From Turneriella sp. (GTDB lineage Bacteria > Spirochaetota > Leptospiria > Turneriellales > Turneriellaceae), in NCBI GenBank assembly GCA_965279515.1, contig CBDIID010000003.1, forward strand, positions 4,032,001-4,096,000: DNA of 64,000 bases. Direction: 5' to 3'. Below, one piece after another: positions 21,283-31,527 of the stretch; the first letter of the stretch is position 1, and each line of letters starts with the position of its first letter. Below the pieces are notes generated by a model. That model did not search any database. It saw only the letters and a list, made by a program, of their open reading frames with translations, and had not been told where the DNA came from. The position numbers were made by a program, and so were the translations under genes.

Positions 21283-21784
21283 CGGTCAGCAGCACCGACG
21301 CCTGGCAGACAACCGCTTCACGGCGACCGACCGCATCGACCTTCTCATTCGAACGCCCTTTGACACTGATTTGATCCAGGGCGATGTCCATGAGTGTTGA
21401 GAGTGAACGGCGGATGTCTTCGCGCACGGGGGCAATCCGCGGCTCTTCGCAGATAATATTGCAGTCGATATTGCCAATCGTGTAGTTACGCGTCCGCATT
21501 TTTTCAAGGGCAAAAGCCAGGAAATCACGGCTCGGCCGGTTCTTATTCGCGGCGTCAGAAGGCGGAAAATAATGACCGATGTCGAAATCGGCAAGAGCTC
21601 CTAAAATTGCATCAGTGATTGCATGAAGCAGTACATCCGCATCGGAATGGCCGGCGAGTGCAAACGGTGCAGGAATTTTTATACCCCCGAGCCAAACACC
21701 ATCTCCGGTTGTTGTTCGGTGGATATCGTAGCCCAGGCCAATGCGGCACGAGGCCGCTGGGGTTGCCGCTGCCATGGATGACAT
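21266..21784 (-). CDS. ispF: 2-C-methyl-D-erythritol 2,4-cyclodiphosphate synthase
   Basis: RIGLGYDIH, GHSDADVLLHA, DIGHYFP. Confidence 0.96.
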   Translation of the reverse strand: MSSMAAATPAASCRIGLGYDIHRTTTGDGVWLGGIKIPAPFALAGHSDADVLLHAITDAILGALADFDIGHYFPPSDAANKNRPSRDFLAFALEKMRTRNYTIGNIDCNIICEEPRIAPVREDIRRSLSTLMDIALDQISVKGRSNEKVDAVGRREAVVCQASVLLTASGNR

Positions 21785-21806
21785 CTTTGCGGCAACCCAA
21801 TGCGCC

Positions 21807-23147
21807 TTACGATCCCGCGGCGACTACCTTGACTGTCGGTAGGCTGGTAAACTGTGTGGGCGTCGTCTCTTCCGTCGGTTCGCTTTCAGGCGGCAATGCC
21901 AGCAGGCGTTCGACTTCCTGTACGTCTTTGTCACCGCGGCCAGAAAGGCAGATCAGAATCAGCGGGTTCTTTTTGCCCTTCTTCTTCATCTCTTCAATGT
22001 AGTTCTTTGCTGCCGCCAGTGCATGCGCCGACTCGAGTGCGGGAATAATGCCCTCTTCGCGGGCGAGTTCCTGAAATGACTCGAGGGCCTGTTTGTCTTT
22101 GACTGCAACATACTGCGTGCGGCCCTGCTTCAAAAGGTAAGCATGTTCGGGCCCGACACCCGGGTAATCGAGGCCAGCGGAAATCGAATGCACATCGTTC
22201 ACCTGACCGTCGGGAGACTGCAGTATGTAGGTGAGGGCACCCTGCAGTACGCCGGGTTTACCTGCGACCAGGGAAGCTGAGTGGTTACCGGGGGTTAATC
22301 CCCCCGCGCGGCCGCCGGCTTCAGCGCCGATGAGCTCCACCTTGGTGTCTTTGAGAAAACCATAGAACATACCCATGGCATTGGAGCCGCCGCCGACGCA
22401 GGCGAACACCGCTTGCGGCAGTTTACCTTCGGCTTTCATAATCTGCTGGCGTGCTTCACGGCCAATGATTGACTGGAACGTACGCACCATTGTTGGGTAA
22501 GGATGCGGCCCGATGACGCTGCCGATGAGATAGTAGGTGTCGTCGACATTCTTCGACCAGTCGCGCAGCGCTTCGTTGACCGCATCGCGCAACGTGCCAT
22601 GTTCGCCGCCGACGCCGGCAACTGTCGCACCCAGAAGGCGCATGCGGAAACCATTGAGGGCCTGGCGGCGCAGGTCTTCAGAGCCCATATAGATATGTGC
22701 GGGTATTTTCATGAGCGCCGCAGCCGTCGCGGTTGCGACACCATGCTGGCCGGCACCGGTTTCGGCAATGATGCGCTTCTTTTTCATCTTCTGCGCGAGA
22801 AGCGCCTGGCCTAAAGTGTTGTTAATCTTATGCGAGCCGGTATGGAGCAGGTCTTCGCGCTTGAGATAGATCTGCGCATTGTAGCGCGCCGACAGGTTGG
22901 CGGCATAGGTGAGCAGCGATGGGCGCCCGGCATAATCATTGTAAAGCCCGAGCAGTTCTTTTTCGAACTTTTTATCCTTGCTGAATTTTTTCCACGCGGC
23001 GTTGAGCTCGTCAAGCGCCGGAATTAATAATTCTGAGACAAAACGCCCACCGAATTCGCCGAAATACCCTTCGGGGATTTCAATTTTTTTTGCGGGCGGT
23101 GCCTGGATTTTCGGTTTAGTCTTTACGCTTTTCTTTTTTGCTGCCAT
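21807..23147 (-). CDS. trpB: tryptophan synthase beta subunit
   Basis: [44 protein letters not shown]. Confidence 0.97.
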   Translation of the reverse strand: MAAKKKSVKTKPKIQAPPAKKIEIPEGYFGEFGGRFVSELLIPALDELNAAWKKFSKDKKFEKELLGLYNDYAGRPSLLTYAANLSARYNAQIYLKREDLLHTGSHKINNTLGQALLAQKMKKKRIIAETGAGQHGVATATAAALMKIPAHIYMGSEDLRRQALNGFRMRLLGATVAGVGGEHGTLRDAVNEALRDWSKNVDDTYYLIGSVIGPHPYPTMVRTFQSIIGREARQQIMKAEGKLPQAVFACVGGGSNAMGMFYGFLKDTKVELIGAEAGGRAGGLTPGNHSASLVAGKPGVLQGALTYILQSPDGQVNDVHSISAGLDYPGVGPEHAYLLKQGRTQYVAVKDKQALESFQELAREEGIIPALESAHALAAAKNYIEEMKKKGKKNPLILICLSGRGDKDVQEVERLLALPPESEPTEETTPTQFTSLPTVKVVAAGS

Positions 23148-23485
23148 TAAAAGTCTTCCTCTGCTTCTTCTACGGAAGTATAGACGTCAAAAACCTTGTC
23201 GAGCATGGTGACCTGCAACAGGTTCAGTATATTCTGCTCCGTGGCGACAAGGCGCAGCTCACCGTTCTCGCGCCGGCAGATTTCGGCGTACCGGGCGAGT
23301 ACGCCCAGGGCCGAGCTCGAAATATGCTGTGCGGCTCCCAGATCGACAATGACCTTGAAGCGGCGTTTTTCGGCGAGGGCGTTCAGGGCGTCTTCGATTT
23401 CATAGACCTGATGCGGGCGTATTGAGCCCGACAGCATCAGCAGTGCGACAGAACCTTCGGTGGCTATCTTCATAAGGTCAGGCAC
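23147..23485 (-). CDS. STAS domain anti-sigma factor antagonist
   Basis: IVDL...ISSSALG motif, 112 aa. Confidence 0.88.
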   Translation of the reverse strand: MPDLMKIATEGSVALLMLSGSIRPHQVYEIEDALNALAEKRRFKVIVDLGAAQHISSSALGVLARYAEICRRENGELRLVATEQNILNLLQVTMLDKVFDVYTSVEEAEEDF

Positions 23486-23652
23486 GGCAAATTACGCGCC
23501 GCAAAAGTAGGATGTTTCGCTGCCATCGATCCGGCGACATTATGTCACATCTTTGATACAGGTCAAGCATATATTGAACAGCAGGCGGGCGGGGGCTGTA
23601 GCCTAGCTAAGAGTTTGACGGCCTGTCTGACTGCCAGACTATGGATAGTTGG

Positions 23653-23679
23653 AAAGTGGCGTTTGCCGCTTTTTTTTTT
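23653..23679 (+). terminator. terminator-like hairpin in the rimP leader (putative attenuator)
   Basis: AAAGTGGC-gttt-GCCGCTTT stem running into 10 T, about 80 bp before rimP, with no upstream + strand gene. Confidence 0.75.
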
Positions 23680-23758
23680 GAGGCGTTCCCCGCAACTACA
23701 ACGGCTGGTAAAAACGGGGAAGCCCCGAATCAGACAACTCGAATAAGCCGAGTCGAAT

Positions 23759-24289
23759 ATGACGATTGCAGAAATTACGGAAAAACAGGTATCTGAGCGC
23801 GCTGAGGCGGCGTTGCCGGCGGAGCTGAAGCTGCACAAGATCGCTTTTTTCCACAGCAAGGGCAATACCCGCATCGTGGTTCAACTCGATAAACCGTCGG
23901 ATGTATACGGTTCTGTAAATATCGGCGAGTGCGAGCGGTATGCACGCACGCTGCGCGACAGTCTCGACGATCTTGAGAAAGTCAGCGGCATGAACCTGAA
24001 CTATTCGCTGGAGGTATCTTCAGCGGGTGCCGAGCGCGAGCTGGCGTCGCTCGCCGAAGTGCGCAGGTTCAGCGCATTGCCGCTGAATGTCACCTTTGCC
24101 GCCGAAAATGGCAAGGTGCATTCCGAAGTGCTGAAGGCGGCATCGTTTGAAGGCGAGGTTGTAACCTTCCAGCTGGCGGATTGCAAGCTCAACCGCAAGA
24201 GACTTTCGCCGAAAAAGATTTTAGCGGCGCCGCCTTACCGGGTGGAATGGAATAATATTAAGAAAATACGGCTGCACCTCGACGTGTAG
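23759..24289 (+). CDS. rimP: ribosome maturation factor RimP
   Basis: YSLEVSSAGAER; first gene of the nusA operon. Confidence 0.92.
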   Translation: MTIAEITEKQVSERAEAALPAELKLHKIAFFHSKGNTRIVVQLDKPSDVYGSVNIGECERYARTLRDSLDDLEKVSGMNLNYSLEVSSAGAERELASLAEVRRFSALPLNVTFAAENGKVHSEVLKAASFEGEVVTFQLADCKLNRKRLSPKKILAAPPYRVEWNNIKKIRLHLDV

Positions 24290-24309
24290 CGATGTGAGGA
24301 GAAAAGAAA

Positions 24310-25713
24310 ATGGCACGAGCAAAAAAGGCGGTAGTTGAAAAGAAGCGATCGTTCTTTGAGGATATCCAGCAGGTAACGCAGGATAAGGGTTTCGACAAAC
24401 AGGAAATTCTCGAAGTCGTGGAAGCAGGTCTCATCGCCGCTTACAAACGTAAATACCGCACAACCGACAACGTCAAGGTCGTGATGGACAAAGAAAAAGA
24501 CGACGTGTTTGTCGTCGCGCGCCGCGTTGTCGTCGATAACGTCGTTTTACCTGGCATGCAAATTCTGCTCGAAGATGCAAAAAAAGTGAATCCCGACATT
24601 AAACTCGGTGAAGAAATTGATATTATAGAATACCCGCTCGAATTCGGCCGCATCGCCGCGCAGACTGCCATGCAGATCGTGGCGCAGCGCCTGCGCCAGC
24701 TCGAACAGAATAAAATACGCGACGCCTACGAAGGCAAGATCGGCGAAATCATGAACGGCTATATTCTGCGTAAACGCGGCGATACCGTTTACGTCGATCT
24801 CGGCAAGGTCGAGGCGATTATGCCGGTGAAACACCAGATTCCGAAAGAGCGCTACCGCGTAGAAGACAAGATCAAGGTTTTACTGCACTCGATCGAACAG
24901 GATAAGGGAGGCGGGCCGCTGCGCGTCATCGTTTCGCGCGCCGACCGCATGTTCGTGCAGAAACTTTTTGAAAAAGAAGTTCCTGAAATTTTCGAAAAGA
25001 TTGTAGTCATCAAAACGATCGGCCGTATTCCCGGTGAGCGTTCAAAGGTCGTTGTTGCGTCTGAACGCCAGAACGTCGACCCGGTCGGCGCCTGCGTCGG
25101 TGTGCGCGGTGTGCGCATTCAGGCAATTGTGCGTGAACTGGGTACCGAGCGTATCGACATTGTCGAATGGGCGGCAGATCCGCGTGAACTCATCACCAAC
25201 GCACTGACACCGGCATCCCCAAGCCTTGTCAAGGTAGACCCGGTCAGCCGTGAAGCCCTCGCCGTCGTGCCCGATAAAGACCTCGCGATCGCCATCGGCC
25301 GCGAAGGCACGAACGTGAAGATCGCTTCGTACATCACGCAGTATAAAATCGATGTAAAATCCGAATCGCAGTTCTCGCAAGAGATGGCGTCTCCCGAGGC
25401 GAGAAAACGCCTCGATGAGATTTTCGATGTCGCAGCGCCAGAAGAAGCACCCGCAGAAGAAGAGGGTACGTCGCTCACTGCGCTGCCAGGGCTCGCACCG
25501 CGGATCATCCGCATTCTGAAAGACAATAATATCCGCTATATCGAAGACCTTGTTTCGATGGATGAGGAAAATCTCGTCAATATCGAAGGTATCGGTCGCG
25601 CGACGGCAAAGCGCATTATGGAGATCATCTCTGAGAACGTCGAGTTCGAAGAAGGTGAAGAGAACCAGGAAACACAAGAGAACCAAGAACTTGACGCGGC
25701 GCCTAAAGCCTAA
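24310..25713 (+). CDS. nusA: transcription termination factor NusA
   Basis: FGRIAAQTA, S1 and KH domains (DPVGACVGVRG, AIGREG), acidic C-terminus. Confidence 0.97.
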   Translation: MARAKKAVVEKKRSFFEDIQQVTQDKGFDKQEILEVVEAGLIAAYKRKYRTTDNVKVVMDKEKDDVFVVARRVVVDNVVLPGMQILLEDAKKVNPDIKLGEEIDIIEYPLEFGRIAAQTAMQIVAQRLRQLEQNKIRDAYEGKIGEIMNGYILRKRGDTVYVDLGKVEAIMPVKHQIPKERYRVEDKIKVLLHSIEQDKGGGPLRVIVSRADRMFVQKLFEKEVPEIFEKIVVIKTIGRIPGERSKVVVASERQNVDPVGACVGVRGVRIQAIVRELGTERIDIVEWAADPRELITNALTPASPSLVKVDPVSREALAVVPDKDLAIAIGREGTNVKIASYITQYKIDVKSESQFSQEMASPEARKRLDEIFDVAAPEEAPAEEEGTSLTALPGLAPRIIRILKDNNIRYIEDLVSMDEENLVNIEGIGRATAKRIMEIISENVEFEEGEENQETQENQELDAAPKA

Positions 25714-25742
25714 GTCAAGACATAAGGAACATAAAAGCGCGC

Positions 25743-27956
25743 ATGGCAGACAAAATTAAACTAACGCCGAAGAAGATCGTGCTGAAGAGCAATTCTTCAA
25801 AAGACTCGATCGCAGGCAAAATCAGCGCGCAGAAAGTACGCGACGACCAGCAACGCGAAGAAGAGCGTAAGCAGCAGCAAGCTAAGGCGCCGGTCCCAAC
25901 CACTACCAGCACTACCGCTGCGAAGCCTGCGGTTGCCGAGGTCAGAAAACCTGTCGAACGTGTACCGCCAAAACCGCGTACCGTTTTCGTTCAGGATGAA
26001 CGGCAACCCAAGACCGAAGCCGAAGAGCGCGAGGTCAAAAAAGGTCCGGGTACAAAACCCGGCGCCGACAAAAAGAAATCCAACCTGCGCGAAGATATTC
26101 TCAAAAAAGAAGAACACAAGAAGTTCTTCATCGGCCAGAAGCAGCGAGACCGGGGCAAGCCCGAACAGTCGCAGGCCGTTTCATCCGTGCCGTCAAAAAT
26201 CAAGATCACTGAATTCGTTCAGGTTGGCGAGCTGGCTAAAAAGCTCAACGTGCGTGCGCCCGAAATTATCGCGAAACTGATGCAGATGGGCGTTATGGCG
26301 ACGATTACCCAATCGATCGATGCCGAAACCGCTACGCTGCTCGCTTCAGAATATGGCTGCCAGATCGAAGTTATTTCACTCTATGAAGAGACGCTGATCC
26401 AGGAAGAACCTGATACAGCAGAAGAACTCGTCAACAGGCCGCCGGTCGTAACGATCATGGGTCACGTCGACCACGGTAAGACAAAGCTGCTCGACGCGCT
26501 TCGCCAAACCGACGTTGTTGCAACCGAAGCGGGTGGTATCACACAGCACATCGGGGCATACCAGGTGACGCGCCCGAAAGGTAAAATTACCTTTCTCGAT
26601 ACGCCGGGTCACGCCGCGTTCTCAGCGATGCGCGCGCGCGGTGCCCAGGTGACTGACATCGTCGTTCTCGTCGTCGCCGCCGATGACGGTGTGATGCCGC
26701 AGACTGAAGAAGCGATCTCGCATGCGAAAGATGCGAAGGTGCCAATCATTGTCGCGGTAAACAAGATCGATAAACCTGCGGCAAATATCGACCGCATCAA
26801 ACAAGATCTCGCTAAATTTGAAATTCTCTCCGAAGACTGGGGCGGTACCACGCCTTTCATTCCGATTTCAGCGCTCCAGAAATTGAATCTCGATAAACTC
26901 GAAGATGCAATTCTCGCGCAGGCCGAAGTCATGGAAGTCAAGGCGAACCCGAACAAACATGCCATCGGCACTGTCGTCGAAGCGAAACTCGACCAGGGCC
27001 GCGGTCCCGTGGCGACGATTCTCGTGCGTAACGGCACGCTGCGCGTCGGCGATGCTTTCGTCGTTGGCCTCGAGGGCGGCAAAATCCGTGCGATGTATAA
27101 CGACAAGGGCCAGACCGTCAAAGAAGCCGGCCCTGCAACACCGGTGGAAATTCTCGGCTTATCGGGAGTTCCCAACTCAGGCGATATCATGAACGTGATG
27201 GCGACCGAACGTGAAGCGCGCGAAATCGCCGACAAACGTCAGGAACTCGCCCGCCACCAGCAGGCGCAGCAGGTTAAAAAGGTCAAACTCGAAAACTTCG
27301 ACGCGACCATCGAAGAGGGCAAACTCAAGGAATACAAGGTCATCATCAAGGGTGACGTGCGCGGTTCGGTCGAAGCGCTCACGGCTTCGCTTGAAAAACT
27401 GTCGAATGACGAAGTGCGCGTGCGTGTCATCATGGGCTCAACCGGTGAGATTACCGAGAGCGACGTGATGCTGGCATCTGCGGCGAAAGCGACGATTATC
27501 ACTTTCAACGCGCGTGCCAATGCCAAGGTGCGCGACATTGCTTCCAAAGAAGCGGTGCCGATCAAGAATTACAGCATTATCTACCAGGCGATCGACGACA
27601 TGAAACTCGCCCTCGGCGGTATGCTGTCTCCGGATATCTCAGAGCGCGTTAACGGCGAAGCCGAAGTGCGCCAGGTCTTTAAGATTTCCGGTATGGGTAC
27701 AGTGGCGGGTTGTTCGGTACGTTCGGGCTTCCTGAAACGCACGAACCCGATCCGCGTACTGCGCGACGGCGCCGTAGTGTTTACGGGTGCATTCAAATCG
27801 CTGAAACGCTTTCAGGAAGACGTCGGTGAAGTCAAAGAAGGTTTTGAGTGCGGTATTCTGATCGAGAATTTCAACGACATCAAGGTCGGCGATGTGATCG
27901 AGGGCTTCGAAAAAGTCGAGACACAGCGCACCTTTGAAGAAGCGGGAAGTAAGTAA
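25743..27956 (+). CDS. infB: translation initiation factor IF-2
   Basis: GHVDHGKT, DTPGH, NKID, GFECGI. Confidence 0.98.
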   Translation: MADKIKLTPKKIVLKSNSSKDSIAGKISAQKVRDDQQREEERKQQQAKAPVPTTTSTTAAKPAVAEVRKPVERVPPKPRTVFVQDERQPKTEAEEREVKKGPGTKPGADKKKSNLREDILKKEEHKKFFIGQKQRDRGKPEQSQAVSSVPSKIKITEFVQVGELAKKLNVRAPEIIAKLMQMGVMATITQSIDAETATLLASEYGCQIEVISLYEETLIQEEPDTAEELVNRPPVVTIMGHVDHGKTKLLDALRQTDVVATEAGGITQHIGAYQVTRPKGKITFLDTPGHAAFSAMRARGAQVTDIVVLVVAADDGVMPQTEEAISHAKDAKVPIIVAVNKIDKPAANIDRIKQDLAKFEILSEDWGGTTPFIPISALQKLNLDKLEDAILAQAEVMEVKANPNKHAIGTVVEAKLDQGRGPVATILVRNGTLRVGDAFVVGLEGGKIRAMYNDKGQTVKEAGPATPVEILGLSGVPNSGDIMNVMATEREAREIADKRQELARHQQAQQVKKVKLENFDATIEEGKLKEYKVIIKGDVRGSVEALTASLEKLSNDEVRVRVIMGSTGEITESDVMLASAAKATIITFNARANAKVRDIASKEAVPIKNYSIIYQAIDDMKLALGGMLSPDISERVNGEAEVRQVFKISGMGTVAGCSVRSGFLKRTNPIRVLRDGAVVFTGAFKSLKRFQEDVGEVKEGFECGILIENFNDIKVGDVIEGFEKVETQRTFEEAGSK

Positions 27957-27989
27957 TCCCACCGGACCCGAAAGGGTCCGAGGCTAACG

Positions 27990-28409
27990 ATGAACGATAT
28001 CAAGAGATTGCGCCTGCAAAATCAGATTTTTCGTCATGTGGCAACGTATTACCAGAAGATGGCGGGCGCGAGAAATGCCCGGGCAACCCTGGAGCTGCCT
28101 GATGCCGAAGGCGCCACGCCGCGCAACCCCTTTGAAGTCACCGATGCCGGTAAATTTACCGAGCAGGTATCGGACTATTGCACGTTCACACGTTGTGAAC
28201 TTTCTTCAGACGGCTCATTTGCGAAAATTTTCGTAAGCATCTGGGGCACTGCTAAAGAGCAGGAGCGCATCTTCAAGGAAATTCAGCGTATGGCCCATGG
28301 CATGCGTTCGAGCATTGCCAAGAACATCCGCATGCGTGCGATACCGCATCTCGCCTTCGTACAAGACCATTCGTTCGAGCGCGCCAGCGAAGTCGATAAG
28401 CTGATCTAA
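27990..28409 (+). CDS. rbfA: ribosome-binding factor A (with internal insertion)
   Basis: Position after infB; TRCELSSDGSFAKIFVS and MRAIPHLAFVQD. Confidence 0.88.
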   Translation: MNDIKRLRLQNQIFRHVATYYQKMAGARNARATLELPDAEGATPRNPFEVTDAGKFTEQVSDYCTFTRCELSSDGSFAKIFVSIWGTAKEQERIFKEIQRMAHGMRSSIAKNIRMRAIPHLAFVQDHSFERASEVDKLI

Positions 28410-28507
28410 GGAAGTTCTGCAAAAGCCAAAATTAGGAGCGCAAATGTCAGCATTTGCGGGCATTCCCTCGCGCGGCCTTGGCCGCGCTTGACTTTTGCAG
28501 AACTTCC
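28410..28507. mobile_element. MITE-like element with 16-bp perfect terminal inverted repeats
   Basis: GGAAGTTCTGCAAAAG...CTTTTGCAGAACTTCC flanked by CTAA and CTAG; two internal hairpins. Confidence 0.65.
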
Positions 28508-29311
28508 CTAGCGCGCCGGGCTGAAGCGCCGCGCGAGAAATTTTTTCACCACAAAGGGCAGCCTTGCCATCAGCGACACCAGGATCACCATGATTTTAGG
28601 GAAATTAATTTCGCGTTTCTTCTTTAGAATACCACGTACGATAATTTCTGCGGCCTTATCGGCACTCATGAGAAAGGGCAGGGGGATGGTTGACTTTTCG
28701 ACCATCGGCGTTTCGACAAAGCCGACATGCACCGTGGTCACGGCGACACCGCTATTTTGAAGATCCAGGGCCAGGCATTCCATGAAACGACTGAGGCCTG
28801 CCTTGGGCGAAGAGTAACCTGCGGCATCGGGCAGCGCCGAATACGAGGCGAGCGAGCTGATGGCGACCACGTGACCTGAGCGGCGCGCGACCATTTGTGG
28901 CAACAGAGCCGTAATGGTAGCGAGTGCACCGGTGTAATTGGTCTGTGCAACCGGGCCAACCGCCGGCCACGACCATGAGAATTGTAAATCCGTGGCGATG
29001 CCAGGCGACATGGATGTCGCAGCTGTGCGCACACCGACGCCGGCATTGGCGATGACGAGGTGAATGCCACCGAATTTTTTATCGAGGGCGACGATTGTCT
29101 TAACGGCAGCATCTGCCTTTGCCACATCGAGCGTAACCGCGGTCGCCTTGCCACCCGCCGCGCGAATATCGGCGGCGATCTTTTTCAGCAGGGGCAAGCG
29201 CCGCGCCGTCAAAATGACGTGTATACCCCGTGCCGCGAGATTGCGCGCCAGCGCTTCGCCGATGCCGCTCGAGGCGCCGGTGATTAGGGCGGTGCGCGGG
29301 CTTATTTCCAA
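28508..29311 (-). CDS. short-chain dehydrogenase/reductase
   Basis: TGASSGIG, NAG, YSSPK (YxxxK). Confidence 0.92.
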   Translation of the reverse strand: MEISPRTALITGASSGIGEALARNLAARGIHVILTARRLPLLKKIAADIRAAGGKATAVTLDVAKADAAVKTIVALDKKFGGIHLVIANAGVGVRTAATSMSPGIATDLQFSWSWPAVGPVAQTNYTGALATITALLPQMVARRSGHVVAISSLASYSALPDAAGYSSPKAGLSRFMECLALDLQNSGVAVTTVHVGFVETPMVEKSTIPLPFLMSADKAAEIIVRGILKKKREINFPKIMVILVSLMARLPFVVKKFLARRFSPAR

Positions 29312-29745
29312 TTTGCGAGAATGAGGCCTGTGATCGAGAGGCCTACCAGGTTATAAATGGCATTGATGAATACCAGTTTCCACGAGCGACCTTCCCATGC
29401 CTTTTGGCCGAGGGTCTGAGGCAGAAAGAACCCCAGCCATGTGAAGAATGCAGCCGAAAGGCCTAAGGACATGGGCTTGGGCGGCATTTGGGGCATCGTG
29501 GCATTGCCGAAAAAATGCCAGACGAACATGTTGTGCGCCAGCACCCAGATGATCAGGAACGAACCCACCACCATTAAGAATGCGCTGAAGACAAACTGCT
29601 TCGGGTCGGGTTTAAAATCTGCAGGAAATCCCATTTCTTTTGCCCAGGTTTTTCCGAAGACCGGGCCATACCAGAGAAAGCCGAAAACAAAATTGGCTGC
29701 GACGGCGGCGCCGATGGCCAGGTAATTGAGTTGGATTGTTTCCAT
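29302..29745 (-). CDS. DUF1761-like membrane protein
   Basis: NYLAI...GFLWYGPVFGKTW, 4 TMs. Confidence 0.8.
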   Translation of the reverse strand: METIQLNYLAIGAAVAANFVFGFLWYGPVFGKTWAKEMGFPADFKPDPKQFVFSAFLMVVGSFLIIWVLAHNMFVWHFFGNATMPQMPPKPMSLGLSAAFFTWLGFFLPQTLGQKAWEGRSWKLVFINAIYNLVGLSITGLILANWK

Positions 29746-29783
29746 AGGCAGGCGTGCGCCCATTTTGATAATATGGCAAGTCT

Positions 29784-31484
29784 TTATCGGTTGAAATCCG
29801 TCACCAATACGCCGTCCTTGGGAATGCCGTAGACCGCCAGCGGTTCGGTTTTACCGCGCAACTGTACGCGGGCATGATATTCCGCGGGAATATCTTTTAG
29901 CCCGGCGTGGGCCGCGACGGTCTCTGAAAACAAAAGCCATGTGCCTAGTTTTTTGTTCGCGTGTTCGAGCCGGCTCGCGGTATTCACGACGTCGCCGATG
30001 GCGGTGACGTGCGCGGCCCTGCCATAACCGAGTTCGCCCACAATCGCGGGCCCCGCATGCAGGCCAATACGGATCTCGAGCGGGTTCTGAATTTCTTCGG
30101 ACAGGACTTCATTGATGAGCCCTAACTGCTCGTTCATGCGCAGCGACGCATGCAGCGCGCTTTGCGCCGCGGTCTCGATGTCGCCGTTCAGGCCAAAGAT
30201 CGCCATAATGCCGTCACCAATGAACTTATCGATGAAACCGTTATGCTGTTCAATGATCTTGCCCATGCTGCGGAAATACTGGTTTAACACGAAGACGACA
30301 TCATACGGAAGTTTGTTTTCGGAAAACGACGTAAAACCCTTGAGATCCGAGAAAAATACCACCACTTCTTTTTCTGCGCCGTTTGCGTCTGCGCGGCGTG
30401 TCAGCAGCGCGGCGGCGCCGGCATGTGTTGCCTGCGATGCGCCGATCAGCGGCGCGATTTTCACTTCGCCCGAGACACGCGCCTGGCAGGCGAGGCGCAC
30501 ATCGTTTTCGGCAGCGATTTTTTTCAGGACGCCGCGCTCAGCGCTTTCAGCGGGCGACAGGTTCTCGCTGCCTGACAGTACGCGCACACGGCAGGTCGAG
30601 CAACGCCCGTTACCGCCGCAGACATGCGCATGCTCGATACGGTGGGCGAGGCTGCCTTCAAGCAGCGTAATGCCGCTGGTCACCCGTATCTCAGGGCCGC
30701 CCGCATAGCTGATGCGTATCGTGGCCCGGCGCCGGGCCTTGCGCAGCAATATGATACGCGTGAGAAAGAGACTGCCGATGAGCAGGGCTACCAGCGCCAT
30801 ACCGATCAGGTAAAAAATTCCCTGTGTCAGCACCACGCGTTGCGGCCAGCCGCCGTGTTCGAGTATAACTTTCCGCAGCCACTCGGGATTTTCAGCCAGG
30901 CGGAAAACCTGGTTGGCCGCTGCAGTCACTCCGGCTAAGCCCAAAAGTGGTATGGTCGTATAGAGTACCGCGAAGCGCGTGCGGTAGCGTTCGAACCAGG
31001 GTTTGAGGCTCAGGATGTCGGTCACGCCATAGTAGGCATGCACCCAGATCAGCAGCGACATAAAGAGCAGAAAGTACATCGCACCGCCACGAAAGTTGTG
31101 GTAAAGATAAAAGGCATAGGTATCGTTGTAACCATAAACCCACCACTGCATACGCGTGCCGCAGATGTGCAGTAAAAGAAAGAGGGGGATTGCCAGCCCG
31201 GTGAAGATCTTGATTTTTTCACGGGTACTGAACCGCCACGACTGGCGGAACATGAGCCGCCAGATCGCGCTTTGCGCGTGCAGGAAAAGCGCGAGTGGAA
31301 ATACGAACTGAATCACCGGGTTACGCCAGAACAGCAGAAAAAATTTGCGCCCGCTTTCCATAGCTTCCAGCGAGATCAGGCCCAGCGCATGATTCAGAAA
31401 GTGCGTCGCCGCGAAGAACATCAGCACGAGAGAGGCCGCGAGACGTATACGAATGAGAATCGGCGTCTGGGTCCATTGCAGCAT
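29784..31484 (-). CDS. membrane adenylate cyclase with [2Fe-2S] ferredoxin domain (CyaC-like)
   Basis: His-bearing TM domain, CGGNGRCSTC...LAC, class III cyclase motifs (SDLKGFT, DKFIGD, TAIGDVVNTASR). Confidence 0.9.
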   Translation of the reverse strand: MLQWTQTPILIRIRLAASLVLMFFAATHFLNHALGLISLEAMESGRKFFLLFWRNPVIQFVFPLALFLHAQSAIWRLMFRQSWRFSTREKIKIFTGLAIPLFLLLHICGTRMQWWVYGYNDTYAFYLYHNFRGGAMYFLLFMSLLIWVHAYYGVTDILSLKPWFERYRTRFAVLYTTIPLLGLAGVTAAANQVFRLAENPEWLRKVILEHGGWPQRVVLTQGIFYLIGMALVALLIGSLFLTRIILLRKARRRATIRISYAGGPEIRVTSGITLLEGSLAHRIEHAHVCGGNGRCSTCRVRVLSGSENLSPAESAERGVLKKIAAENDVRLACQARVSGEVKIAPLIGASQATHAGAAALLTRRADANGAEKEVVVFFSDLKGFTSFSENKLPYDVVFVLNQYFRSMGKIIEQHNGFIDKFIGDGIMAIFGLNGDIETAAQSALHASLRMNEQLGLINEVLSEEIQNPLEIRIGLHAGPAIVGELGYGRAAHVTAIGDVVNTASRLEHANKKLGTWLLFSETVAAHAGLKDIPAEYHARVQLRGKTEPLAVYGIPKDGVLVTDFNR

Positions 31485-31527
31485 ACTGCACGCCGACACC
31501 GCCGAGGCCGGCGTCAAATTGAAATTG

